Shown here piece by piece: positions 24,201 through 37,849 of a DNA stretch of 64,000 bases. The position numbers and the translations under genes are program-made. Position 1 is the stretch's first letter. Each line of letters begins with the position of its first letter. The notes under the pieces were generated by a model that was not told where the DNA came from, searched no databases, and saw nothing but the letters and a program-made list of their open reading frames with translations. This DNA is from Rhina ancylostomus (taxonomy: Eukaryota). Location: positions 27,621,982 to 27,685,981 of the forward strand of contig JARFYF010000119.1 in NCBI GenBank assembly GCA_030265395.1. Direction: 5' to 3'.

Positions 24201-24767
24201 TCTTTTTTTCAGTGAATTTATTTAAATAGATAACTAGTTTCTATATTAACGGCTACTGAAATCCCTCTTGGGTGTTCAATAACATAATTTTACCACAGCT
24301 TTTACATGCAGTCTTTAGTTTCATATAATATTAAACACTTTTTGTTAATTAGCATTGGAAGAGCAGGACATGTTACCTTCCATTTAATTCAGTTCTTTTA
24401 TTTTTGTGGATACAAAAATGTAGAAAAAGACCCCAAAGGTATTTTAGTTTTGAGAGCCCAGTGATTTTAACTGGGAAACACGTCCTCTTCCCTGTGGTTC
24501 ACAGCTGTGTAAAAGGCACAAAACTATTCCAGATCTAAACTATCATGAAGATAAACTGTTTTTCTTAAACCACACCTGATGCATTTTCTACATTGGAATC
24601 TCCCAAATTCATATCAATGATTTGTGCTACCAGCAGGAACTGAGGTGGTTCAGCACATTATTCAGCTTCATCAAATCACTTCTCAATGGTTCATGCAAAA
24701 GGCCCAGCACTGCCTTCTCAGGGCAATGGGGGAGGGGAAATAAATGTGATCTTGCCAACAGCAAACA

Positions 24768-25430
24768 GGTTGCACAGTGGTGCAGCTCTTGGAGCCACTG
24801 CCTTACAGTCCGGAGACCTGGGTTCAAACCTGACCTCAGATCCTGTCTCTGTGGAATTTGCACATTCTCCTTTGAGGGTGTGGGTTTCCTCTGTGCGTTC
24901 TGGTTTCTTCCCACATCCCAAAGGCATGCAGGTTGGTAGGTTACTTGACCACTATAAATTGACCCTAGTGCACAGGTGAGTGGCAGAATCTAGGGTCAGT
25001 TGATGGGAATAAGGTGGGAATAAAATGGGATCAGTGTAGGGTTAATGTAAATGGGTGGTTGATGGTTGGCATGGATTGGTGGGCTGAAGGGCCAGTTTCC
25101 ATACTGTATGATTCTATGACTCTAATTCCAGGTAATGACTATTTGCAGCAATTTCTTTTTTTTAAATTCATATCTCGATCATCCATTCTCTATGAGGCAT
25201 CAACTAGCTACAGTAGATTGGGAAATCAAATTTAAAACTGTGACAGTATATTGGGATATTTGGCCATTGTAAATTGCCCCTAGTGTGTAGGTGAGTGGTT
25301 GAATCTGGTGGGAGTTGATAATAATGTGGGTGAATAAAAAATGGGATTGATGTTGGATTATAAATGGGTGGTTGATAGTCAAGGTAGACTCAAAGGGTCC
25401 TTTTCCATGCTGTATCCCTCTATGACTCTA
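24768..25430 (+). mobile_element. tRNA-derived V-SINE/HE1-like SINE (24768-25122) followed by a second partial copy (25255-25430)
   Basis: Head with A/B-box-like sequence (…gagacctgggttcaaacctgacc), V-domain core cccacatcccaaaggcatgcaggtt, and CR1 tail ctgtatgattctatgactct. Confidence 0.8.
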
Positions 25431-28400
25431 ACACCTGCATTCCCCAAACTTTTTGTTTTGAAAGGTCATCCCTATCAAGGAGCGCTATTACAGATGCAGC
25501 CAAGGTAACTGAAGGATACCCAGGCTGCTTCAGTTTAAGTGTTGCTCCTGATTCTAGCTCAGTAACATCCACATGAACCCTTAATTTCCTTCTGACCCAT
25601 TTTTACCAGCTGAATTTGATGAAGGGATTTGGAAAATCATGGGTTACCCAGCCAACATGTCCTCAGCCTAATTCTGTCCAGCAATTGTACACTCTGACAA
25701 ACATAAATTCAGTGTTGACTCTCTCCCACCCCCTCCCCCTTCCCTCCCCCCACCTTTATTAACACCATTTATGACAAGGGTTTACTGAAGAATTCATCTA
25801 AATTTATTGGAGTATCCAAAATTCATGCTGCACTTTTCTGATGGGGTATATTTTCCTCTAATGAGCTCACATTAAAAAAAAGTACAATCACCAGGTTCAT
25901 AAGACAAATTGAAAAAGGGTGTCTCCTGTTAAAAATTATTTGCAAAAAAAGCTTCCATACTGTTAATCGGCAATAATGTGAAACCTCAGTCAAAATGCAT
26001 AAAGACAGACTAAAACTGAGTTACTGTGCAGGTACAAGTAAGAATATAAATCATCATTTTCATCATCATTGCAAGAGGATTTAAGTATAAGATCACAGAT
26101 GTGCTACTATAATTATACAGGATCTTAGTGAGACCACCTTTAGAATATTGCTAATGGTTGTCCTCTCCTTACCTAAGGAAGAATTAGGATAGAAAAAGAC
26201 AGCCAAGCCCTTGGGGAATGCTCAATGTTGATTAGTCTACATTAAGTAACATGGCATTCTTTCACTCATAAATTTGATTTGTACTGTTTAATCAATGTTG
26301 ACATATGGCATTTGAAAAGCAACATGCATGTAAGCAAAGTCATCTTACAGTACGGGAAACTTGCAATCGTCAAAGTTATCTACTCAATTTGTGCACTATT
26401 CCAAAGCCAACATAAAATAGTTTATGAACAAAGAGTGTCAGTGACCTCCTTTATGTAACAATAGATGGCAAGCTGTGAGACATGCCAAATATCTCCTGCT
26501 TCAGCACAGAGGTCAACAATGAAGAGGACTTATAAATAAAACACTACAAATGATGGAAACCTGAAATAAAAACAAAAAGATGGGAATCCTCAGCAGATTA
26601 GCCAGCATCTGTGAAGAGAGAAATAGCTTAATGTTTCAGTTCAATGACTATTCATCAGAAGGAGAAAAGTGAGAACAAGCATTTTGAAGTTGCAGAGAAA
26701 GTTTTGGAGAAACCAGAGGGCATGTCAATGATACTGTAGAGATCAACAGAATCCAAGGGATATGAGTGCTGTTTCAGCAATTTAAGAGAGGGTGACAAAT
26801 GCCTGTTGATTACAGCTGATCTGCCTGAAGAGATGTAAATTGAGACAGATGAGTAACAGATCAGCCATGAGTAATAAGCATTCACCTTCCTCCTCTCGAA
26901 GCCACCAACAGCTTTTGTGTCATCTGGAGTCTCATGGTCTCCACCCTATCGTGGATATTTTTTGTTCTCTCCATTCTTCCTGCATGTTTTTATTTACATT
27001 TTCAAGATGAGCATTTGATGTACCATATCTTATAAGACTTTGGACTGAGATCTGGAAAATTCTTTAGGTCGAATGAAAATCAAAAAAACTGCAGATGTTG
27101 GAAATCTGTAATAAAAACCAAAAGTGCTGGAGACACTCAGCAGAACAGGCAATATCTGTAGAAAGAGTGACAAAGTTAATGCTTCAGGTCAAAGTCCCTT
27201 CATCAGAAGTGTTGCTGCGGTTACATTGGCTCCTTTGCCTTATGCTTTTCCATTGTCCATGGAGGTGTTCCCCTCCTTTTTCCTGACTAGAGAATCAAAT
27301 ACTTATAAACATCTTTCCTTCTGCCAACCCTCCTGGCAATTGAAGCAGACTCTTCATCATCGTGTTATTAAGATCCTTTATCAGAATTGCCTTTCCCAGT
27401 TTCTCTTTCTAGGAAAAATCTAAATAGCTTTACAGGCCAGCTTGGAAATGATGGGTTAAGTGACCTCTTTCACTGCCAAACTTTGTTTTGCAGTTTTCTT
27501 TTACACCTGACCTCAATGAAAAGAAAAATCAGACAGCACATACACTTGCCAAAGTGGACAATAACCTCCAATGGTGCACTGCAATAGGTTAACATTGGGT
27601 TTAAAAGCTGAAGCAAAGGGCAATTGAACTTACATGACTCACTAAAGATACTGAGGTATGCTTCAAACTTACCTAGCCTAATACTGAAAAATGGTTATAA
27701 TGTCTAAATTAGCTCAAGAATTCAATATAGTTAATGACTTTGGGTTTGAAATTACTGACTCACATCAACGTATCCATCATTCAGCCTTTGTGGGTACATT
27801 ATAACTGTTGCTGCTCACTGAGTGGGTGAAAGCTAATGGCAGCACGTCTGATGTACCATCAGGTTTNNNNNNNNNNNNNNNNNNNNNNNNNNNNNNNNNN
27901 NNNNNNNNNNNNNNNNNNNNNNNNNNNNNNNNNNNNNNNNNNNNNNNNNNNNNNNNNNNNNNNNNNNNNNNNNNNNNNNNNNNNNNNNNNNNNNNNNNNN
28001 NNNNNNNNNNNNNNNNNNNNNNNNNNNNNNNNNNNNNNNNNNNNNNNNNNNNNNNNNNNNNNNNNNNNNNNNNNNNNNNNNNNNNNNNNNNNNNNNNNNN
28101 NNNNNNNNNNNNNNNNNNNNNNNNNNNNNNNNNNNNNNNNNNNTATACGGGTCAGCTTCATAAGAGGTGTGAATAGAATATTGTAACAGGTTCTCTGATT
28201 CCGAGCAGTGCCATCTTTTGTTTCTGTTATCAGACTCAGAACGGACAAGCTCACCCACAATGAGAGACAGGATATGATTTGTATTTGTTATACTGAAGAG
28301 GGCAATGAAGGGTTTACTGACAGAAAAGAAGAAAATACAGCCCCTATGAAAATAAAACACAAATTTTTGGCATTATTGTTCAAGATTCTTCCCACATGAA

Positions 28401-28498
28401 ATGTTATATCCAAGAGCTAAAATGTATTTGATCCAGTTAAGATAATTATATATTTAGACTGAAAACTCATCAAACATTTTCTTTCATCTCCTTTCCCA

Positions 28499-28724
28499 GC
28501 CTTGTTGCTTAATGATAAGGAGAGTTACAGTCAGCATAGTTTTAAATATTAAAGCCTGTGGCAGGCAGTTGGGAAATTATTGATTATTAATCAAAATAAC
28601 AATCTCAAACATAGAAAAATTGATTAAACAGTTCTTTGGTAAACTGAACAACTGTGAACCTACTTTTTAGCCCTGGATAATACATATGATCATGGACAAA
28701 TATACAACATTACTCACATTTCAA
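28499..28724 (+). repeat. Local duplicated segment, copy A (copy B at 33291-33517)
   Basis: gccttgttgcttaatga…cagcatagttttaaa…ttgggaaattattgattattaatcaaa…gttctttggtaaactg…gataatacatatgatca is shared between the two copies. Confidence 0.9.
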
Positions 28725-29029
28725 GTATTAATGAACATTGACATATAAGAATAAACCTCAAGTACAGCACTGCATTTAAAGGAAGACTAATGAGAAAATG
28801 TCACATTCATTTTCAATGTCTTTAGCCTTGAAATAAGAAATGTGTTGGTTCAACATTATAGAATCTTTTTTTCATGTTGAGCTATCAGGGCTAATTGGAA
28901 AACATTGGTCAGTTGCTGAAAAAAATCTATGACTATTAACTAATACATTGTGGATTTAAAGTAAAAAGATATTCCAGAATGTTTCACAAAACCACAAAGA
29001 GAATTTTGATTGGAGATAATAGGAATAGA

Positions 29030-29830
29030 CCTTATTTAAGGCAGCTGTTTTAAGGTGGAGCCTTAAAGGAGGTTGGAAGGATGGATAAAGAGGAAAGTCT
29101 GGGAAGAGAATCTCAGGATGTCTGAAGTTGTCCTGGCTTATCGTCTGGCAACAAGAGGGTGGGTGAATGAATTGCTGGAGTCACACAGACAGAGTTTAGG
29201 AGTGGGTTGGGAGTGGAGCGGATGAGGGGGTAGAGGTTAATGGTGGAAGGAGTGAGGCCACAGAAGGATTTAAACACAAGCATCAGGTGAGATGTTGTGG
29301 TCCAGGGAATAAAACAAGAACCAAGGTGGTGGGAATTTGATGTATGGTAGATCTTGCCATGACAAGCACATGGATTTCATCAGCAGTAGGAGCTGAGGCA
29401 TAGCCAGAAGTGGGAGCAGCTATGTTACATCAGCAATTTTTTTTTTCTGAGCATGGAATGGAGTCAGTAAATCAGTTCACTGTCCAATGGGAGATCAAAG
29501 ATTATGCAGTCTGACTGCTGGTCTGAATTGTCAGTTGGAGTACATGTGGAAGCTATAGACAAAGGATATCACCAAGGAGCAGCATGTAGATAAGGAAAAG
29601 GAGAGAACCAAGGATGGATGCATGAAGGTCTCTTAAGGTGCTTGTGCAAGGGTGGACAAGAAGCCATTGTTGGAGATGCTCTGATGATGCTCTCATGATT
29701 AGATACAAATCATAGTCACGAGAAGCTATGGGATAGATGGAAGTAACATCAAAGAGAATTTGCAGTTCAGACCTGGTATCAGGGTCCTGGGGAGATCTGA
29801 CTTGGATAGCAAAGTGAAAGGGAGAGAAGC
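29030..29830 (-). mobile_element. Degraded L2-type LINE RT fragment
   Basis: Minus-strand translation SILGSLLFLIYMLLLGDI matches the L2 RT motif GSILGPLLFLIYMLPLGDI. Confidence 0.7.
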
Positions 29831-30689
29831 AGACACACAAATGTCCACAAGTTTCTTGCAGTTATTGTTACTGAGGGTGAAGTCCAGGGTCTACAGAAAT
29901 GAGTGTCAGTGGACAAAGGAAGATAGAGATTAATTTTGCTCTCTGGGATTATGCTAAACTGGTGAGCAGTTTTACCATGGAAGAGAAAGGTCCAGTAGAT
30001 ATGGCTCAGTTAAATCTGGTGGTGGGTGGCCCAGCCAGCAGTGTGCCAGATGCACTTGAAAATGAGTCCCCTGGAGTTAAAGAAAGTGGAGGATTAGAAT
30101 AGCCCAGTTTAGATTGATTTCTTCTGTTACATTTTCACACTTACTGCTTGCTGAAATTAAATATTTATAACCAGCAGAAATAACATTATGAAATATTAAT
30201 TATTTGCAGCTGGAATTTTCTAAAACTATGCTTTACAACTGCCATTATTATACCATTTATTATACCATGTAATACAAGAAGGTTCATGTATAACAATATG
30301 GAAAATAATATAACATTTCCACTTCATCTATAATATGCAATAAATATATTTTCTTGACCTAAAGGTCTTTGAATAACATTTAAATACTTGCAAACAATAA
30401 GGCCAGAACCACTGATTTTAACAATATGATAGACAGATATTTAAACAAATCTGTCTTGGAGTCATCAGTTTATTAGGTGACAGAAACTACTATTTTATCT
30501 CTATATTGCTACAATTGGCAATTTCAGAAGTAATCTCAATTGTCTATGGAAGCTAGTGATTTGATGATGTCCTAGTAAAGACTAGTAGTGCCAGTGAATT
30601 AAAGAGTTAATACGCAGTCATAATGATGGCTGAGAAATGAGAATGTTATGTTTCATCATGTCACTGAGAAGATAGAGCAGAGTATTAAT

Positions 30690-32310
30690 CAACATAACTT
30701 GATTCCAGAAAAACTAGAGGACAAAAAATTGTAACCCTGCGCCAAAGGACAAACCAGTTGGTGGGGAGAGAGTGAAAGGTATCAGCTCACCGAATTAAAT
30801 AGCACTTGGAAAAAAATGAGTTAACAAAGCAAATCCACCCTGCATTTATTAAGACCAACTTCAGTGAGTTCTTTGACAGAGTAACGGGTGATGTCTAATG
30901 AGGATAACGCAGTTCATATATGTGTGGACATTCAAAAGACCTTTGATATAAGCCCATTTAATAGATTGGTTATAAAACTTGAACTCTTGGAGATTAGTTA
31001 GTGGCCATGTTGATACAAAAGCAGTGAAGGGCAGGAAAAAGCAATCTGAGTCAGTGACTTTGTTATTTCGAGCACTACTAACCATTTAAGCACCTCCTAT
31101 ATATATTTTTATCCAATCCAATATCTCACAATTTCCCATTTATTCTGACGGTGACAACATCCTCTTCTTTAGTGAGTGTATACTTTTTAAGTTTGAGGGA
31201 ACATGCACAGTTGCCTTCCAGGACTTGTGTTGAAAATACTGCTCCTTTTTACAGGGATTCATGATGTAGTTTTGAGTAAATAGGGCTTAATTTCAAAAGT
31301 TGCAGATTACATGTAATTTGGAAATTGTAGGACACGATGAGGAGAATGGTGGAAAACCTCCAGAGGAGTAGACAGAGAGATGGAGATATGTGAAGTAATT
31401 AATTTTCACAGGAAGAATGTATAATTTTAAACAGGTTTCAGGAACAGTGGAGGCTGGGGTATGAATGGACAAGTCTTTTAAGATTGCCCTTGCAAACTGA
31501 GGAGGCTTTTTGAAAGGTATAAAAGCAATGGAATCAAGTCCAAAAAAGGAGATTATGTTAAATATTGACAAAGCAATGAGATAGAACCAAATGGAATTTT
31601 GTGGCCAGTTCTGCATACCACATTCCAGGAAAAACATCAAAGTTGTGTCAAGGTACAGAGAATGTAAGGTCAAAGTGTCAAGAATATAAGGGGAAATTTA
31701 CAAGAAAGGTACCGGTGATAAAAGACTGAAGGAACTGATATTCTCCCAGAATAGAGTTCAAGAGGGGATTTGTTATTCAAGATTACATGGAATTCTGATG
31801 GAGTAAATGAGAAATTATTTCCAGTAGCAAGGAAGTTGATAACCAATGGACACAGATGTAGGGCAAGTGCCCACTTAACCAGAGCTGACATGTGAAACAA
31901 ATCGGGCAGTCGGATATGATGATTTGGAACACAGTGCTTGAGAGAGCGGTAGAAGCAGATTCTGTAGTCTTTCAACATGGAATTAGATAAACATTTGAAA
32001 AAGTGATATATGAGTCATAGAATGACACTGCAGGGAAACTGGCCCTTTGGCCCAACTCGTCCATGCCAAAAGGTGCCCTCCTGAGCTGGTTCCATCTGCC
32101 AGCAATTGGCCCATATCCTTCTAAACCTTTCCTATCCATGTACCTGTCCAAATTTCTATTAAACATTGTATTTTTACCCACCTCTACCACTCTCTCTGAC
32201 AGCTTGTTCTATAAACCCACCACCCTCTGTGTGAAAACCTGCCCCTCAGGCCCCCTTTAAATCTTTCCAATCTCACCTTAACCCTATGCCATCTAGTTTT
32301 AGACTCCCCT
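30690..32310. mobile_element. Cluster of degraded CR1 fragments: + strand 30690-32000, and a younger - strand 3' end at 32010-32310
   Basis: 'DIQK.FD' and 'EFCGQF..PH.RK.I' remnants; ORF 31972-32190 (…LDRYMDRKGLEGYGP.AGRW) is the typical elasmobranch CR1 3' end. Confidence 0.7.
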
Positions 32311-33290
32311 ATCCTTGGAAAATGACTGTGACTGTCCACCTTTTCTATCTCATGCCCCTATTGCAGGGAAGAGATGGGGAAAAAGAAGGGTGTGGCTGAT
32401 GAAATTTTTCCAAAGATTCATTGTACAGACAAGGGAGCAAATCATCTCTTTCTTTTCTCTATTATTCCATGGTCCTCAGAAATTTGACAACTTTGCAGCC
32501 AAAGACACAGCAGAAGCACAGGTCAGGTTTCATAATTAAGTTGACGGAGAGATTTCTGAAAGAGGAAAATGGGTCAGTGATTAGATTTTTGAAAATAAAA
32601 GCAGAAATGGAGCTGCAAATCCCGATATTATTTATGAAGCAGTCGGGTACTGCAAATGTCATTCAGAACGGATGAGCAGAAATGAGCTAAATCACTCTCT
32701 TCCTCTGTAATTATGTTGTAATTGTGTAATGTTGTGGAAAGTATCTTAAAGCCAGAGCATCCAAGGATAGAAAGCTAATGAAGGTTGGTGAGAATTGAGG
32801 TCACAAAGGACAAAGTACTTACAACACAAGTGAGCACAGCCTTTTTATATAAATGGGAGTGGATACTGAATATTGCCATGGAGTGGTAAGACACTTAATG
32901 TATTTAAATTGGACTCTCGCAATTTAAGTGAGAATCCAATTTACAATTTAATGATTCACTAATCCTATTTTCCCCTCCCCTGTATGTATCTTGTTTCTTT
33001 ACGTGTCACTTCAATTCCTTTTGCCTTGCGCTGCCATCCTTTGTCATTTATTCTCTGCTATTGTCCACGTTAGCACAGACCACCCTTTTGTTCTTTCTTC
33101 ACCTCACATTTTCTCTGCATCAAAACCTGTTTATCCATATCCTTTACCCCCATGTGAAGTATCAACCTTGATTCTCTCCCCATATATGTTGCCCAAAATG
33201 TCAAGTCTCCAGCATTTCCTGTTTTTAATTTAATACTTCCTTTCACAGCTAGGGTTTCCCGGAAATCAGGAAACTCAGCAGTTGAAGTGA

Positions 33291-33615
33291 GCCTTGTTGC
33301 TTAATGACAAGAGTTACGGTCAGCATAGTTTTAAAGAATAAAGCTTGTGGCAGGCAGCCAGGAAGGCTATTCCTTGGGAAATTATTGATTATTAATCAAA
33401 GTAACAATCTCAACCATAGAAAGATTGATTAATTAGTTCTTTGGTAAACTGGACAACTGTGATCTTACGTTTTAGCCTTCGATAATACATATGATCACAG
33501 ACAAGTATACAGCATTACAAAATATACAGCTAAAGCTAAATATACAGCCGTATACAGAAAAGCTGAATATGCGGCTGTATACAAAATATACAGCTAAAGA
33601 CTCGTTAACATTTCA
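33291..33615 (+). repeat. Local duplicated segment, copy B, with a small palindromic insertion (33518-33600)
   Basis: Direct alignment with 28499-28724. Confidence 0.9.
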
Positions 33616-36589
33616 CGGAGGCCGGTGAAGCTGAAGTGCTCCTCCAGCTATTCAAGAAAGTGTTGAACTCTTCCCCAATGCCCATGATCGCTGATCTTGC
33701 CACAGCTCATGTTATCACTGCTTGCTACACTCTCCATTTCATGGGCCTCATTCCACTTTGAATCATGGACTTTTCCTTCCTTTACACCAGTGGGCACCTT
33801 GTCCATCACCACTGTCTGACATTAGGGGGCCACTCCACCCTGTCATCATATGTCTTCCCCCGACTACCCATCCAATTCTGGGCTCGCGCCTCTCCTGATC
33901 CTTTGTGCTCCATCATGGGCCTCACTCAGATTCCTCTCAAGGGTTCCTCCAGATTCCAAATCATGAGCACTCAGTTTCCAGGATTCCTGCTGGTGTACCC
34001 TCCTACCCACCAGTCTGGCTGATCTTTATTCCAGCTTCTGAGAAGGAATTAGAGCTAAAAACATGTCAGCACTTCTGCAATTTATTCTGGAAGATCCCCC
34101 ATCCCTGATCTCATTGGGTTCCTTGGCCATTTTCAGTCTCACCTCATCTCGCACCATTCACAGAGCCTGCAGTACTGGGACTAATTTAGGCCACAGTGTT
34201 TTAGATAAGCTTCAGTTTGTGAAACTAAAGACACCGAACATGGAAGTGTGGAGTTTGTGATATGGGTGAGTTCGCAGAGGTGATTTATTGATTTTGATAG
34301 TAGTGAGAATGTGGTGTTTGAAGTTCAGGTCAGCTGCTGACAACATCCTGTACCCGAGGGTGCAGCCTGACCAAGCTGCCAGCGTAAGGAATCGAGCAGT
34401 GGGCTAAGATGCAAAGAGTTTGCCAGAAAGCAAGTTTTCCTCCCCAAGTCTCAAAAGGGTAACTTCCAGCACAATTTCCACAGCAAGAAAAATCAGTGGG
34501 GTGGAAAATAGACAGCTGATGTACAACTACCAATTTTCCCCCTTAGTGATGTCAGCTATATGAGTGGCACATTGGTATAGCTAGTAGAGATCCTGCCTCA
34601 CAGCTTCTGGGGCCCAGACCTCTGGTGCTATCTATGTGGAAAAAAAACCTCTTTCTCTGGGGTAAGGAAATATGGAATATAACACAGAGGTGGCCAAGGA
34701 GTTGACTGTAGAAAGCAAAGCGGTTGAGCTGGGTGATCTTTGAAATTTGAGTTGGGTACGTAAGTAATCAAAATGCATTCTATTTTTAATCTCCCCACTT
34801 CAGCAGATGGCATTTTCCTTTCCTACAAATAACATTGTTCCGATGCATGGTAGTGGGATCCCCAATCATTCAAAACTAAGTTATTTTTAATGGTCATTTT
34901 GCATGCTGTCCACTGCATTAGACAGGAGTAGCACAATGTTGCTCTTGGCATGCCTTTTTCCATACATCATTGAACCACAGTTGTTCTCCTTGTTCAGTGA
35001 TGATGGGACAGTCAGGCTATGATATTCTTGACTGTAATGGCATGGAATTTTGTGCTGCTGTTGACTCACAGTATATCATGTTATGGGCTGGTGGATTTGT
35101 CAGTAATTTCGTACTATTATTGTTCATAAGTGGAATACAGTAGGTTGTCTTCAACGTAAGGATGAAAGTTGCATTTGTCTGACCACTCCTATCAATCCCA
35201 TCACAAATAGGTCTATCTGAGGTAGGTAGGCTGCTATGTCCGAGGCCAAGTGGGTTATTCTTTGAGTTAGCATCCATACACCTGATCGAATATTCTGTCA
35301 AACAGATGTTGACTTTGCGATTGTCTCTCATAGTCAAAGCTGGTTCAGCAGGACACACAGTGGAATCCAGCTGAACTAAGCATGGATGAGAGAGGGTGTT
35401 CAAGTCTCGTGAAAACTCTGCAGATTATGGAAGGTGAGTGAGAATGTTGCTACAGTCACAAATACAAGAAAGTTACAGGAGACTGACTAATTGATCATAC
35501 TCCATTCTCTCACGCTTCCTGTCTGCAGTGAATTTAGGAATTTAAATTTGTGTAATCATGGATGAACCTACATATCCCACTATTCTTTGATGAACACATG
35601 GAAAACCAGCAGGCAGTGTTCTAATTCCACCTTNNNNNNNNNNTTTAGTGTTCAGTAAATATTCAGCGAGTAGATCAGATGCACAATTCAGATGTTTGCT
35701 TCAGCAAACAGTCAAATAACTTCCCCTAAATATCTCTGGGACAGAAGGATTCCTCACCTGTCAGTTCATATCAGATGTGAAAGAAATGCATATTGACTTA
35801 ACCAGATAAAGGAGAATTGCTGCAGGTCTAGTTGCTGCATCTGAAGGAACATTGGAATTGTGATCAGTCTGATTTTAAAACTTCTTTTCCCTTCTTGTAA
35901 AATATTAGCAATCCTGCAGTTATATTATTGTAATTAACTACTTGACAATGGAAGCAATAATTATTCCTGAGTTATCTGTAAAACTCTTAAGACAGTTTCC
36001 CTATTTCTTGCAGATGATCAGCCTTAGGCTATGAAAGGTTGCTCTACCCAGGTCCACAGTAAACATCGACTGAAACTGTTAGAATATGAATTCAAAGGAG
36101 TCGATACCTTGAAACACTTATTATCATAGTTGTGGATCTGTGCCCCACTGAAGGGATTTGGGGGAAGGATTTTAACCTTAAAAAAATTAGCACACTAGAG
36201 TTAAAATGTTGTTAGGGGTGACATCATTGGACTCAGATCAGCAAATTTGAGATGAAACTGCAGGTTATTCTGGCAGCTTGGATTAGAGTTGGTCAGGTGA
36301 CTTTGCGATGGGCAAATAACTGGTGGCATTTGAACTGTCCTCCCAGTTGGTTTTGTAATTCCGTTGCTCTGCTATGCCCCCTGCACACTCATTCACCGCA
36401 GCAAAAGAAAAATGCCCCTGGCGGCTATATTTCCCATGTGTCAGACTCTTCAGTGAGGGAGAGCAGCATTAAGTCTTTTAAATCAACCGTGAGCATGAAG
36501 TTATTATTTAATTCCTGAGTTTTTACTGAAAAAGAGAAGAAATCTAATTAATCAATAGATTACAAGAGCAGGTCAGGGATTTGGTATTC

Positions 36590-37095
36590 TGTGGTGAGTG
36601 ACTCACTTCCTCACACTCCAAAGCCTTTCTGTTATCTATGAGGAAAAGTCAGGAGTGTGATGGAATACACCCTTCTTGCCTGGGTGAGTACAACCCCAAC
36701 TCAAGAATCACGGCACAATATGGGAAAAGCACCCCATTTGATTAGCACCCCATCCACTACCGTAAACATTCATTCCCTCCATCACCAGTGCACAGTGGTT
36801 GCAGTGTGTACAGTCTGCAAAATGCACTGCACTTACTTGCCAAGGCTAGACTGACAACACCTCTCAAATCTGCAATCTCTACTACCATGAAGAAGAAGGA
36901 CTTCAGGTGGGTTCCTTCCAAGTTACACACTAGCCTGATTTGGAAAGATATTCCTGTTCTTTTATTGTTATTGGATCTAAATTAGCACCAAGGAAGCACC
37001 TCCATCAGCAGTTCAAGAAGATGGCTCACCACCATCTTCTCACAGGATTTTAGGGATGAGTCCTAATTACTGGTAAAGCCAGCAACACTTAGATC
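36590..37095 (+). mobile_element. Non-LTR retrotransposon 3' fragment; same family at 56040-56520
   Basis: gtcaggagtgtgatggaatacac…cattccctccatcaccagtgcacagtgg…aaaatgcactgcacttac is shared with 56180-56260. Clade not determined. Confidence 0.65.
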
Positions 37096-37458
37096 CTGAA
37101 AAATTAATGTGAAAATGACTGTAGATGTGTATATTACTGAAAGAAAAGCCAATTTAATTTTCCAAAAGCTGCAAATCCTTCCATCTGAGGGACAGAAGGC
37201 AGCATTTCTCCAGAGACGCCAGACCACCAAGCATGAGAAAGATATCTTAAAGATGACATATCCATCGTTGATCTGCCACAGATGTAACCAATTCATATGA
37301 GGCACCTTCCCGAGTACAACCCAGTGATAGCAAGGGGCATTAGGCTCACAGCAGCCAAAGAGCACATTTACTCTTTCTACGGACTAATTTTGGAGTAGTG
37401 GGTTAGGTGTCAAATAACAAAAATAAAGTTCAAGCAACAAGGGACAATACTAGAAAAG

Positions 37459-37604
37459 TCACTGATACAGCTTAGCTATCAATCACTGATATCGCTCACC
37501 TATCACTGACATAGCTCACATATCACTGATACAGTTCACATATCACTGATACAGCTCACATACCACTGATACAGCTCACATACCACTGATACAGCTCACA
37601 TACC
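37459..37604 (+). repeat. 20-bp minisatellite, ~7 copies
   Basis: Unit ta(t/c)cactgatacagctcaca repeated in tandem with no unique spacers. Confidence 0.95.
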
Positions 37605-37849
37605 AATCAACATTAAGTAAATTCTCAACACTTGGTTTTACCTGCTGTTGGTGTCTTTTTGATTGTGATGAGTAAAGTCAAATGATGGGGGTGTAACTAT
37701 CTAGGATCAGTTTTGCCTGAGCCTAAATGACTGAGCAACTAGCACAGTGGTAGTCCATGTTGACATAATTGTCAGTGCCTGCGCTTTGTTCTGGCCTTAA
37801 CGTCAGACCGTCCTTCTGACACCCTCTTACCCTGAAGCCATGAAGCATG

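Noticed and set aside
35758-35913. 156-nt AG…GTGAGG-bounded pseudo-exon
   Set aside because: In-frame TGA near its end, poor polypyrimidine tract, and no KCNQ similarity.
37459-37604. Regularly spaced repeats suggestive of a CRISPR array
   Set aside because: Head-to-tail 20-bp units with no unique spacers, no cas genes, and a vertebrate intron context: a minisatellite.
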